64,000 nt of DNA, taken from Phoronis australis. Lineage: Eukaryota; Animalia; Phoronida. The stretch spans positions 713,267 through 777,266 of the forward strand of contig NMRA01000084.1 of assembly GCA_002633005.1 (NCBI GenBank), in the 5' to 3' direction. Of this stretch, positions 13,913 through 24,820 are shown piece by piece (position 1 is the stretch's first letter; each line of letters starts with the position of its first letter). The translations under genes were made by a program, and so were the position numbers. The notes under the pieces were generated by a model, which was given only the letters and a program-made list of their open reading frames with translations, searched no databases and had not been told where the DNA came from.

Positions 13913-14140
13913 CAGTGACCACCGTCTCTAGCTGGCCGCAGTAGAGACGGTGAAGGTCCTATAAGTCAAAAGATTTTCGGCAAATTATGCCTCACACTGA
14001 TTAAAACGTCATAGTCACGTTGTTATAAGTACCTTTTTCGCATAGAAGGACACTTTAGGTGGCCGTCGATGTTTCCAATTTCTTCCAAATCGAACAAATA
14101 CTCCCATAATCAAACTTTTTCTTCGACCAGTCCTTCCTGC
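13913..14140. mobile_element. Dispersed repeat with terminal hairpin (Helitron/Helentron-like end), copy 1
   Basis: Begins CAGTGAC-CACCGTCTCTA(n11)TAGAGACGGTG (11-bp stem, 13920-13952) and aligns over more than 200 bp with 47407-47640. Confidence 0.5.
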
Positions 14141-15168
14141 CCAAATCGGCAACTGGCCATTTCTAACATTGCGCGCGCTCCTGGAGGGCGCGGTAAAATT
14201 GAAGTGCGCGCATTGTCTAGCGAGATCCGAGGGCTAGCAAGCTCTACTTTACCGGGAACGGATCATGTCGGGCAGCAGTCTAATGCTAATGTAAATTTCG
14301 TTCGCAGTATGTCTCAGTCATTCGCTGCTTCCATAGGCGGTGAAGAGTGTAGCTTTCGTGAATTTCTACTCCGGCTTTGATTAGCATCGCCGGAGGCGTC
14401 TTCGGTCTTTTCCTCTGCATAATGAAACAGCTGATAAGTCTAGCACATTAGTTTGCGTCTGTACTAGCAAATTGGTTGGAAGTCAACGTCAGGAATCGTC
14501 GACTTCAAACAAAGTCACAAAACACAACAGATTTTCTTGTGTTAAAGCTATCGCGGCTCCTTTTGTCAGAGACCGTGAGTACGGTCGTAGCTGACAGTGT
14601 CTTGGGCATGTTATGGCAAATGCGACGCTGCGTGTTTTTAGAAGAGAGAAAACGTTGCAACTGACGAAAACTTGAAAATTTTTGTTATCCAAACTTAGCA
14701 ACCGCCTTCTCGAGCCACGTTAACGAACTGTGTGTAAATTAAAATTGAAAGTGACTACGGGGTTTTAGCTACCGTAAGGTGTACTTATGTACGGCTGCTG
14801 ACGAAACGCCCTCTTGGTCAGGAGGTTGTATTGTCCGTCGACGTGAGTTGCGCCGGTAATCTACTGTTGGTACGAAATTGTCGTTCGCGGACTTTTCCTC
14901 TCCTCCTCCAACCCCGTCAAAACTAATTTTCACTCACCGGTGGTCAGCCGTTCACCTTGCAGTTTCTTCAGCCTCAGTTAGAAACAAACTTTTTACGGCT
15001 TCAGCTGCCTTTGGGGACTGGGGTGCGTTTGCACCCGTTTCACTCCTTTGGCTATGAACATGAGTCGGCCTACAAGAGGCAGCCGTATCTGCAACAGTGC
15101 TCGGCTGCCGCTACAGCTAGTCAAATTCTAACTCCACAAAGCTCTAATTGTTTCCATGGAGAACACAA

Positions 15169-15965
15169 CTAGAAACATCTCAAATCTCGAACAAACAACT
15201 CATGCATAATTTGACTCCAACTAACGATATGTTTTTGTGGTGAAACCAACGACACTTTTGAAGTAGCTTTCCGAATTCCTTCCAGAAATCTTGTACAGCG
15301 TCTCTGGAGCTTTATTACAAAAGAAACATTAAAATCCCGAACACGGATTTTGACTAAAAAGGTATTTGTTGCAATAATCCTGTGTAGTATTCTAAATTGG
15401 AACCATCTTATGTTGGGATCCTTTTGTAATTTCATTAGGCAATGCGAATATTTTCTTCCAATCTAAACTATCTCCTAACTCTATTCCCTATTTACACTCA
15501 GACTTAGAAGGTTTCTTGACGTCATTAAAGACTGAACAACCCTTCAAATCTTTCCGTAAGTGAGTAATTGCTAAAGGCATTCAAGGAGAGTAGACATTAA
15601 CACTTTTAAATTTACTTTAAAATAGACATTTTTAAAAGCTTCTTAGAACAGAAACAACACCATTATATTCGACAAGCTTGGTTTTTACATCGAACCCATT
15701 TTTACATGTATGTGGTTCAAACTAACGAAATCACCATCAGAGGTATACATATCTCTAACAAATCTTAAGCCTTTTATAAACCAAGGCTTATAAAAGAGCC
15801 AAGTTACTATTAAACCACAAAGGTTGATTCAAAAAGTCCTCTTTACTCGCAACAATTATTTTCTTGTAGAAAGATGTCATACTTCCAAATACGTCGCACC
15901 AGTAGGAATTACTAATTAGAGTGAACTTCGACTTGATAAAGTCATCTCCAAATCAAGCAAAATTC
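15169..15965 (-). mobile_element. Degenerate L1/Tx1-type LINE ORF2 C-terminal fragment
   Basis: Minus-strand peptides DPNIRWFQFRILHRIIATNTFLVKIRV (zf-RVT region) and NQPLWFNSN..YKPWFIKGLRFVRDM are typical of Tx1/L1 ORF2. Broken by stops and frameshifts. Confidence 0.75.
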
Positions 15966-18900
15966 TTTGAGAACGGGTAGAGTGTCTAATCTTCGTACAC
16001 AAAATCGAACTCGGAATTCTTTTTAGCATTTCCGTTCTAATGTTGGTGCGAACTCAAGATAAGTGTCTATTAACTGAGCTCACCAGAGTTCATTACAGTT
16101 TAAGTGGATGGTTGTTAAATCCTTGTTTGCAATTGATGTCCCCAGCATTAAAGCTACAGCTTCGAGTCTGAAATCAAAATCTCAAGGTTTACCATAGCTT
16201 GTAGTTGTGCAAACGTAGACACTCATCCACGTAAACCATACTACACTCGAGCAGGCGTATCCTGAGTTCGATAGAATCGAAAATGTCAAAACCAATTTTC
16301 AGTTCGATTTCGATATGGAGCTTTGAGATTAGGTCGCCTGTCCTAAACGTTTTACATGACAATCGACAATGGCAAAACAAACAAGACCCCAGGAGAGAAA
16401 CCTATTTCACTTAAGGAAAATGTCCAATTTGACAAACTTTGGAATTTCATATCTCAGAAGTGGCTGACTGGATCAGATTCAAATAAATCTTTCGGATACT
16501 ATGCTTCAAACACAGTTCGCCAATAGACTGTTGGCGACTGTTTAATGCTCCATTTTTGCGAAGGAATCTATCGAAAAATAGGACTATGAGATTTCAAAAA
16601 CGCTCTTACAGTTTTCGAAATCTCATCTTGAACACTTTTATCAAATAAAGTGTGGTCATGTTGATAACGTCGTTTTGCACTTAAGTTTTGTATATGTTGG
16701 ACTAAATTCACAAAACCTTAAGCATGATCGCCCTAGTGTTACTGCAGACGCATCTATTTATGTATGGCGGTTATAAATTTGGAGTATGCTCGTAATTGGC
16801 CTTGTACAGTACTTATTAGAGCCGTCGTAGATTTTGTTTCGCGTCCTTTTTCATAATCATATTTAAAACGCGCCACCCAGCGTAATTGTAGGACTCGTAG
16901 CGTGCACATCATCTGAGCTGTTTTTCTTTTCGAGTAACGACAGTTCACTTTTGTCATTGCAGTGGTTGCCATGACGCTTATAAGTAGTCTCCGATGTTAC
17001 AGTCACAATGCGAATGAGAAGCACTTCGCAATGTACCACTATGTAAAATCCTCTGTTTAATAAACGTCCATTAGAGCATCCACACCTTGTAAAACTCAAA
17101 ACACCGACACTCATCGATATTCTAGAATGGTGGGGTATTTCAGCAAAAATTTCAGGACGACGTGTCCCTGCCACGAATCTCTGGGGAAATTTGTATTGAT
17201 TAATTGAAACAATTACTATGCTGACACTTTCTCATTTTTTATTGTGATTTGGACAAACACTTTTAGAGACATTACACTCTGATGAATATTTATAATCGAA
17301 TTTCAATTGGAACTCCATATGAAATAATTATAATCAGCGTTAATGAACAATATATTAATATTCTCCGAGGAGAACTGATTAATTTCTAATTTATGTAATT
17401 ATTTTCTGGTTTGGAGATAACCCATAACTTGCATTTAAGAGAAGCCATTCCATTTAGCGTCTCGTAGTTTAATTTGCGACGTCCTCGTCTCTCCTCAACT
17501 AAGATCGATGACAGTGGGACCATTGCAGAGCACGTAAGTTATATATTTGTTACTAAATTCGAGGATATCCTTCGCTGTTTAAAAAGTTTCGCTTCAGTTA
17601 GTTGGTCAAATCTCAATTATTATTATTATTACGAGCTAATGCCACGAGAGATTTCACTATTAAAGGGACTTGATCAGGTAAGAGCTTATTATTCCATGGG
17701 ATACACTTCTTGAAATTATTTCGTGTACCTTTGACCAGACCTGTAAAATAGCATTTTTTTTGTTTTGAGATTTTGTTACGAATCGTCAATACTCGCCGTT
17801 GTCTGCCAGACATTCAATGAAAACGAGGCAGGTGACTTAATCAGTTAACTATTGCTTTGTAATGTCCCTTTTAAATGAGCCTAAGCCCGGTTTTAGTATA
17901 TCAACAGATAGATATTAACTGCGACACGCGCACTTACATGTAATTGTTTAAAATAAATAGGTGCTAGTTAACCGTCGTCATCCCTCAAACGTCTGGGGCA
18001 TGCTTGAAAATTCCGTACAATCTTCCCAATCTGTAAGCTTTAGATGAACTCTGTGGGGAAACGCGGACGTCAAGAAAAATAGATCCATTTTATCATAAAG
18101 GTGATACGAGTCTTTGTTGAATAAAACCTTTCTTAATCAGATGAGGAAGTTCAGCAAATGTAAGAACCAGCTCCTGGTGAAATAGTTTACTAGTGCCGGT
18201 AACATGTTAAGCAAACTATTTAATTGCAAGTATTTATAAATTATCATAATTTTCATAGAAATGCTGCTAGTGAGACCATAACATTATGCTAAAATGGACG
18301 TGCATAGTATAAATTATGTTTAAATTAATAGAAAAGTGGTTTCTAGATGACCATGGGCCCTCTGCTGTTGTTCTCATTTAATGTATCTGACAAATGCCGC
18401 GTCAGACTTAGTTGAAATGTTCACACAGCATGTTTTATCCAATCTTTACCAAAACTCTGTTTGGAATGGTTTTAAAAATGTTTCACTTTTACATACCAAA
18501 CAATAGGAATTTTATGATTTTATGAAAAAATCAAAAGTCGAATAAAACGAAAAGGAAACGATATTTTACAGAACTGTAACAGGGTGCTCGACATTTCATC
18601 TTGAACACTTATATCAAATGAATTCGACCATGTTATTGATACCGTTGTTTTGCTATGATTGTATCTTGCTTTGTTCTAAATTTTACTACTAAAAAGACAT
18701 GGTAACGTGGCCCAATTAACTATAAATTTTTGAAGTTAAAAATCAAAGTCTACAGGCCTAGTTAAAATCTATAATTTTGTACATATTTATATGAGTGCAC
18801 AGACTTACCTTAATGGTTGACCGTCTCTGTCAGCTTGACTGGAAATTGTTTTAAACGGACATAATCGGTTTTAGCGTCGAAAACTTATTCCAGGGACAAT

Positions 18901-19620
18901 TGTTAGATTTGATAGACTTTTTGTATTGACCAGAGCAAGAAAAAAACAGAATACGTTGTATTTTAGTGATTTTATTACGAATCGCCATTACCCACCGTCT
19001 GCCAGTCATTCGCTGAAATCAAGGCACGTGTGTTTACCAGTTAAATGCCCTTAAAATACTTTACTATTTAGCGCATGAAATTTGACTTAGCTATTTGACT
19101 GTTCCAATTCTACTACAGAGCTAGATGTTTTAATTCCGCGCTACTACTTATTCCCAAATATTTTACTTTTCTCGGCGAGGATGTTCCTTAAAGGTTTACA
19201 TTCATCTTGAAATATCCAACGTAGTGAAGTATTGTTTCTTGTCCAATATTTGCCAAAGTATGACCTTGTACAGTACACGTATATCAATTTATCAGGAAAC
19301 CAATGGAAGCTATAAACGTTAAGCTAAGATCCAAGAAACCTGGTCCGAACTTATTTGCACAAGTTTATTACTAATGAAGAAAGACACCCAACGGCCGCTA
19401 CTTTCATAACCTTGTAGAAAATGTATGTTGTCATGTCTCCACATTTGATAATGTTGCTGATTCCGGTTTTGTAAAACCTGTAGGAATTGAAAAGTCGTTA
19501 TGTCTGTTATGCAATGATTGTTAATGTTGGTTATTGGAACTATTGGTTTCATACATGCTTTGTACAGAAAGACCTCTTCATATGAGGGACATATAAAGCA
19601 TGGCGGCCAGCTGGGCACTT

Positions 19621-20798
19621 CTCGCTGGTTCCCTGCGTGCCGCTAGGTGGGGCGGTAGCCGCGCCAGCACGCAGGTATCACTTAATTTTCCTCGGGAATT
19701 ATTTTTCACCGGCGTTTCGGATTGGCTAGTCGAATTCTCAACAGGCACCGCTTTACGCAAACAAACTGGCATGACTGATGGACTGCAGTGTAAATGTGGT
19801 CTGTGGGCAGACAAATCGGTGTTTAAAATTTATGTTCAAGAAATGTGAATCTTAGAAATTGTGGTTGCGCCTTTTCGGAGTGCATCTTTCTACTGTCGAC
19901 GACTTTTGTTTACGATACCGCCCTGTATTCACACACTATGAATAACACTCCGTCAAATCGGCAAGATATGTGTTTATTGTAAATGTACGTGCTTCAAGCA
20001 CGCGGCTATTAAACATCAGTGTAGATAGGAAATAGTTTCTGCGACGCCACTTACATGACAAGGCTAAAAATCGTTCACAGTCCGCCGTTTTTTCACGGTG
20101 TTGTAAAGCTAACCAATGACTGCTGAGGTTACATCAACCAATGCTAAAGCGCGTGCCACTGCGTGATACCTGCGTGCTGGCTAGGCGCGTAGGGGACCAA
20201 CAAGCTGGGCTCTTTTGCTCAATGGTTTCCTTCGCGCCTAGCCAGAACACTGGTATCACGCAGTGGCACGCGCTTTAGCATTGGTTGATGTAACCTGAGT
20301 AGTCATTGGTTAGCTTTACAACACCGGGGAAAATGGCGGACTGTGAACGATTTTTAGCCTTGTCAGGCAAGTGGTGTCGCAGAAACTTTTTCGTTTCTGC
20401 TGTAATGTTTAATAGCCGCGTGCTTGAAGCACGTACATGTACAATAAACAAATATCTTGCCGATTTGACGGAGTGTTATTCATAGTGTGTGAATACAGGG
20501 CAGTATCGTAAACAAAAGTCATCGACAGTAGAAAGATGCACTCCGAAAAGGCGCAACCACAATTTCTAGGATTCACACTTCTTGAACATAGTAAATTTTA
20601 AGCACCGATTTGTCTGTACAACAGACCACATTTACACTTCAGTCCATCAGTCATGCCAGTTTGTTTGCGTAAAACGCTGCCTGTTGAGAATTCGACAAGC
20701 CAATCAGAAACGCCGGTGTAAAAATTTTTCCTAGGAAAATTATGTGATACCTGCGTCCTCGCTACTGGCCACCTAGCGGCACGCAGGGAACCAGCGAG
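19621..20798. mobile_element. Foldback/palindromic non-autonomous DNA transposon, 1178 bp
   Basis: Arms 19621-20199 and 20223-20798 are near reverse complements with a spacer of about 23 bp. Termini are CTCGCTGGTTCCCTGCGTGCCGCTAGGTGG...CCACCTAGCGGCACGCAGGGAACCAGCGAG. Direct repeat GGCACTT on both sides (19614-19620, 20799-20805). Confidence 0.9.
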
Positions 20799-20864
20799 GG
20801 CACTTTTGTAGAAGTCCTTTCACGCGACAAGACCTTCAGTGTTATCTTTTAAACTTACAGAAAG

Positions 20865-20991
20865 ATGTCGCTGGTTACACAGATTTGCATCGCGGTGTTG
20901 TGTGCTCTTTGTCTTGCTGCAGAAGTTCGTTCTCAGTACATGCCTTACGCCAAGCGACAGAAAACACTTCTTAAATTTGGAAAAAGAGACG
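20865..20991 (+). CDS. Neuropeptide precursor, coding exon 1 (signal peptide + QYMPYA-KR-QKTLLKF-GKR)
   Basis: Acceptor ttacAG at 20859-20860, ATG at 20865, hydrophobic leader MSLVTQICIAVLCALCLAAEVRS, a KR...GKR-flanked peptide, and a phase-1 GT donor at 20992. Confidence 0.85.
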
Positions 20992-21045
20992 GTACTGTAT
21001 TCCATGAGTTTTTTGCCACTCTTTACTTTAGATGTTTACACTATT

Positions 21046-21205
21046 CAGTGGGGGATTTAGGGACCGGGGAAAGGTAGCCATGCCCCCTAAATTACGCAAG
21101 ATTCCATTTGGCAGTTCGTGGGTGTGAATGTCTGACGGTCAAAATGCTGGCTAATACTCTGCCCTGCCCCCTCCCCCTTAACTCAAAATCCTGGATCCGC
21201 TTCTG
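21046..21205 (+). mobile_element. About 160-bp hAT-like MITE in the neuropeptide intron, copy 1
   Basis: CAGTGGGGGATT...GGATCCGCTTCTG ends. The core agattccatttggcagttcg...gaatgtctgacgg...ctggctaatact is shared with 41570-41717. Flanks are CTATT/CTATC. Confidence 0.7.
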
Positions 21206-22066
21206 CTATCTCATGCCAAATCACATTGTATGGAGGTCACAAGGTACTGTTTAATTTGCGAGATCAATGCGGCGGGCGTACGTTTGCCGCATGATCGCAT
21301 ATGAGACATTTCCACTGTTTTTTCTTTAATTTGTCTTTGTTGGACATAACAATACAGGTCGCACGGATATCCTACCTTGGGTGTACATGAGCCCGTTACC
21401 CGATAAATCGCTTGCCATTATCTTTATTATAAGAACGAAAGACAAAGTGAATAATGGATACGTCTATCTATCCATTTCTATGCGACGAGCTTGCGACCTA
21501 GTTTTCCATGGTATTTCAAATCGCTTTATTTCTAATGAACCTTTGTAAATTGAGAAGGTATTCATGAGGTCGCCAGACTTACATTGTATTAGAAGCCTTC
21601 AGAGACACTGGTTGCAGCGAACACTATAACATGACTGACACAATGGATTCTGCAGGGGTAATAAAAGACATCCCAGGTCAAATTCACTTTCACTCACCAA
21701 TATCAAAATTTGATAACGTTTTAACTTTTCAATATTTTGCATCAGAGGTTCTAACTTTTTTGCAGCAGGTTTCCTTTTCATGGTTTCAATTTTTCAATAT
21801 AACGCAGTGTGATTAGATGAGTGGTTTGTGGAAAGATGAAAAACGCCCCTTTGAATGAACAAATTATCTATTAAACGCTGTGTTCAACATTTGGCCTTCT
21901 ACCGTGTCCGGAAAGGTTAACTATATTTTAAGATGAACTACATGAACCGAGTATAATGGCACGCAATGAACGTTTCTCAAACTGTCATTAGAAATTTTCT
22001 AGAGTTGCCTGCTGCTGGGTTATTATGATTTTAAGTTATGAAAAATATCATATTTTGATATTTCAG

Positions 22067-22458
22067 ACGGTTCATTTCCCTATGCATCTTACGGCACCTC
22101 CTACCAAAATCTTGAGGCACCCGAATCTCTGCCTCCGTATCCTTCATTCCCAAGGCGTTCCAACAATGGAATTAAATACGCTCCCTATGTATTAATGCCG
22201 GTACCAATGAGGAAGCGAAGAAGTGTGCCCGAAAACAAAGACACAAAACTTGACGAAACGAGCGAAATGAAAAGAGAAGTCCAAGAGCTAGACAAGAGAC
22301 GACAGAAGTCATTTTCCGTATATGGCAAGAGGCGTAGCTTTTCGATATTTGGTAAACGCGGCGACGGTGAAAAGATGAATTATCGACAGTTTAGCGACGA
22401 TGAAATGGAAACGATGGCTGGACTTGTTTACGATTGGTTGAACCGTGAACACAAATAG
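22067..22458 (+). CDS. Neuropeptide precursor, coding exon 2 (spliced product 172 aa)
   Basis: Acceptor tttcAG at 22065-22066 is phase-compatible with exon 1 and the frame is open through the 22195-22458 ORF. Contains RR, RKRR, KR, KRR-QKSFSVY-GKR-RSFSIF-GKR and acidic spacers. AATAAA at 23047-23052. Confidence 0.87.
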
Positions 22459-23489
22459 AACAAAAGACTCATAATTAAGTCTAGATATGTAATTGAGCTT
22501 AGTAAGAAGTGTTGGAGGAAGGAGTTTTAGCGTGTATTATTTATCAAAAGTGATCAGAGAAAATTAAAAAATTGTGATTTTTTTAAATCATTTTACAAGA
22601 AGACTTGGCTGTACTACGACTGTGTGTCTCTGTCAATTTCAAATAATCGACAAATTTGTGCTCCCATGTTCTGGCACGAAACTGAATCTGATTTTCCAGG
22701 AGTGTGCGTGGTGTCGTGCTCATTTCTGTTCTCAAATTCTGTCTGTAGTGCTAAATACATTCGTATGCCAAACTTCTTTCATCTGAGTGGACATGCATGT
22801 TACTTTGAGTCGCCTAGCACCTGGACATTTATAAAACACCGAACAAGTTAAACTCGGTAGTTATTCGTTTTAGTTGAAAACGCTGCTGTGCATTGCCAGT
22901 CAAGATAGAGTTAATGGCCAGGTGTAAAGTAGGCCTCCAAAATTAATGGCTGCCATAGGTGTGCACTTTTAGTGATAACGGTAGATTTTGTCAACTGCTT
23001 TGTACTTTGAATAGTATTTGTCTTTCCGCTAGTTATGGCCTTCGCCAATAAACGAGATTGAATGCACAGTTGCGTTACCTTAGCCATCAAACTGTTTAAA
23101 TATAATCTTTCGGCTTCGTTTTAATTAAATAGTTCATGAAACGAGGTTTAGTCCGGGAGAGATAATCTTATAAAAGAGATATAAGGATCGCTTTATATGA
23201 CCGTTTCCCCCAATTAAAAGGTGCCTTTTCCGACAAAATTCCCTTGGACAGAGTGCCTTTTTCCGACAGTTTTTGAAACAAACTTTTGCCAATGGGTGGG
23301 TGTGCAAACTGCATGTACATGTACAATGTACCTACAAATGGTTCCTTTTTGACTTCTCTTTCCAAAAGCGTGTGTATCCTAATTTTTTCGTACACACCCT
23401 TGTCAAAAATATTGCCAAACAAACTTACTCCAAAATAATGACATTTCAAAAAGACATCGCACTTTTTTCATCTTGAACAATAATAATGG

Positions 23490-24820
23490 ATTTTTATGCG
23501 CCCAAATATTTATATGTGGGTAAAAGTTGCCGTCATCTCTGTCTGGGCGACCGGGCGTCCGGCGTCCGCGGCTATATCTCCAAAACACTTTATCTTTATT
23601 AAATTCAGCAAGTGTATTTATATGAAGTTGACACAACAACCGACAACGACTTTCGGACGGATCCGACTACCGTTGTGTCTCTTAGAGGCATTTTTTCTCT
23701 TTACTACTTTTGAGTCTGTGCTTGGTTTCTGCTCCTCTGTCAACCAAACTACTGTAACGATGATTGTAAAAATTGGCATATATGTTCCTACTGTAAAGAG
23801 GACGGCTCAAGATGATTTTCCTACGACTTCGACTACTGTGGTGACTCCTAGTGGCAGTGGCCCATGGCTGTATCTCTTAACCCACTGCAAGATCTTTGTT
23901 AAATGTGGCAAGTGTATTTAAATGAAGTTGACAATGGACGACGGCGACTTTCTACCGGATCCGACAAATGCTGTGTCCTTTAGTGACAATTTCATTTCTT
24001 TCCATTTTCCCCTGTTTCTCCCACAGATTTTTATGAAATTATGTGAATTTCTTTCTATTAAAAACACGATGTAGTGTTCCTGTTTTCGGATGGATTTGAT
24101 GTACATGTATTTTACGCCATCTAGTGGCCATTTTCACTGTTTTCCAGTATCTTTTTGGCGCCCTCCCCTCTATCAACCAAACCACTCTAAGGATGATTTT
24201 GAAAATTGGCGTTTATGTTTCTACTGTGAAGAGGACGGCTGGTAATGATTTTCAGAGGACTCCGATTGACGAAGTGCCTCCTAGTGTTAGTTTTTTTGCA
24301 TCCATGGCTGTATCTCTCAAACACTCTTTAGGTTCTTTTCAAATTTGGCAATTGGATTTAGATGAAGTTGACAACAGACAACGACGACATTTGGAAGGTT
24401 CCGACTACTGCTATACCCCCATATTGGCATTTTTTTTCGTTGTCCTCTGTATCTTTTAAACTCCTTGGCAGATTTTTTTAAATTTTATAAATAGGTTTCC
24501 GTTGCGGAGACGACGACGCCTTCTCATTTTCGGCCAGATTTTATGCATTCTGCGCCACTCTGCGGCCATTTTAACAATATATGATTTCGTTTTTGACATC
24601 AGCTTTTCCATCCACCAAATCGCTTGAAGGATCATTATGAAAATTTGGAGATGTGTTCCTCATGAGTAGACCGCGACTGACGTTGATTTTCGGACTTGTT
24701 CAACTACTCTGGCGCCCCTTCACCCACGGTTGGTAGCTGTGTAACTGTGTAACCCCCCAGTTAACAGATGTGCCCTTGCTGGACGACACCTGTTTAGCAT
24801 TACTGCTATTTAATGCACAT
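23490..24820 (+). mobile_element. Helentron-associated (HINE/DINE-1-like) element with internal tandem units
   Basis: Starts TTTTTATGCGCCC with a hairpin and a short (gg)cgtcc repeat. Three diverged copies of blocks such as aagtgtattta.atgaagttgaca and tcaaccaaac...aaaattggc, with a period of about 435 bp for the latter. 3' hairpin aacagatgt...acacctgtt. Boundaries approximate. Confidence 0.6.
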
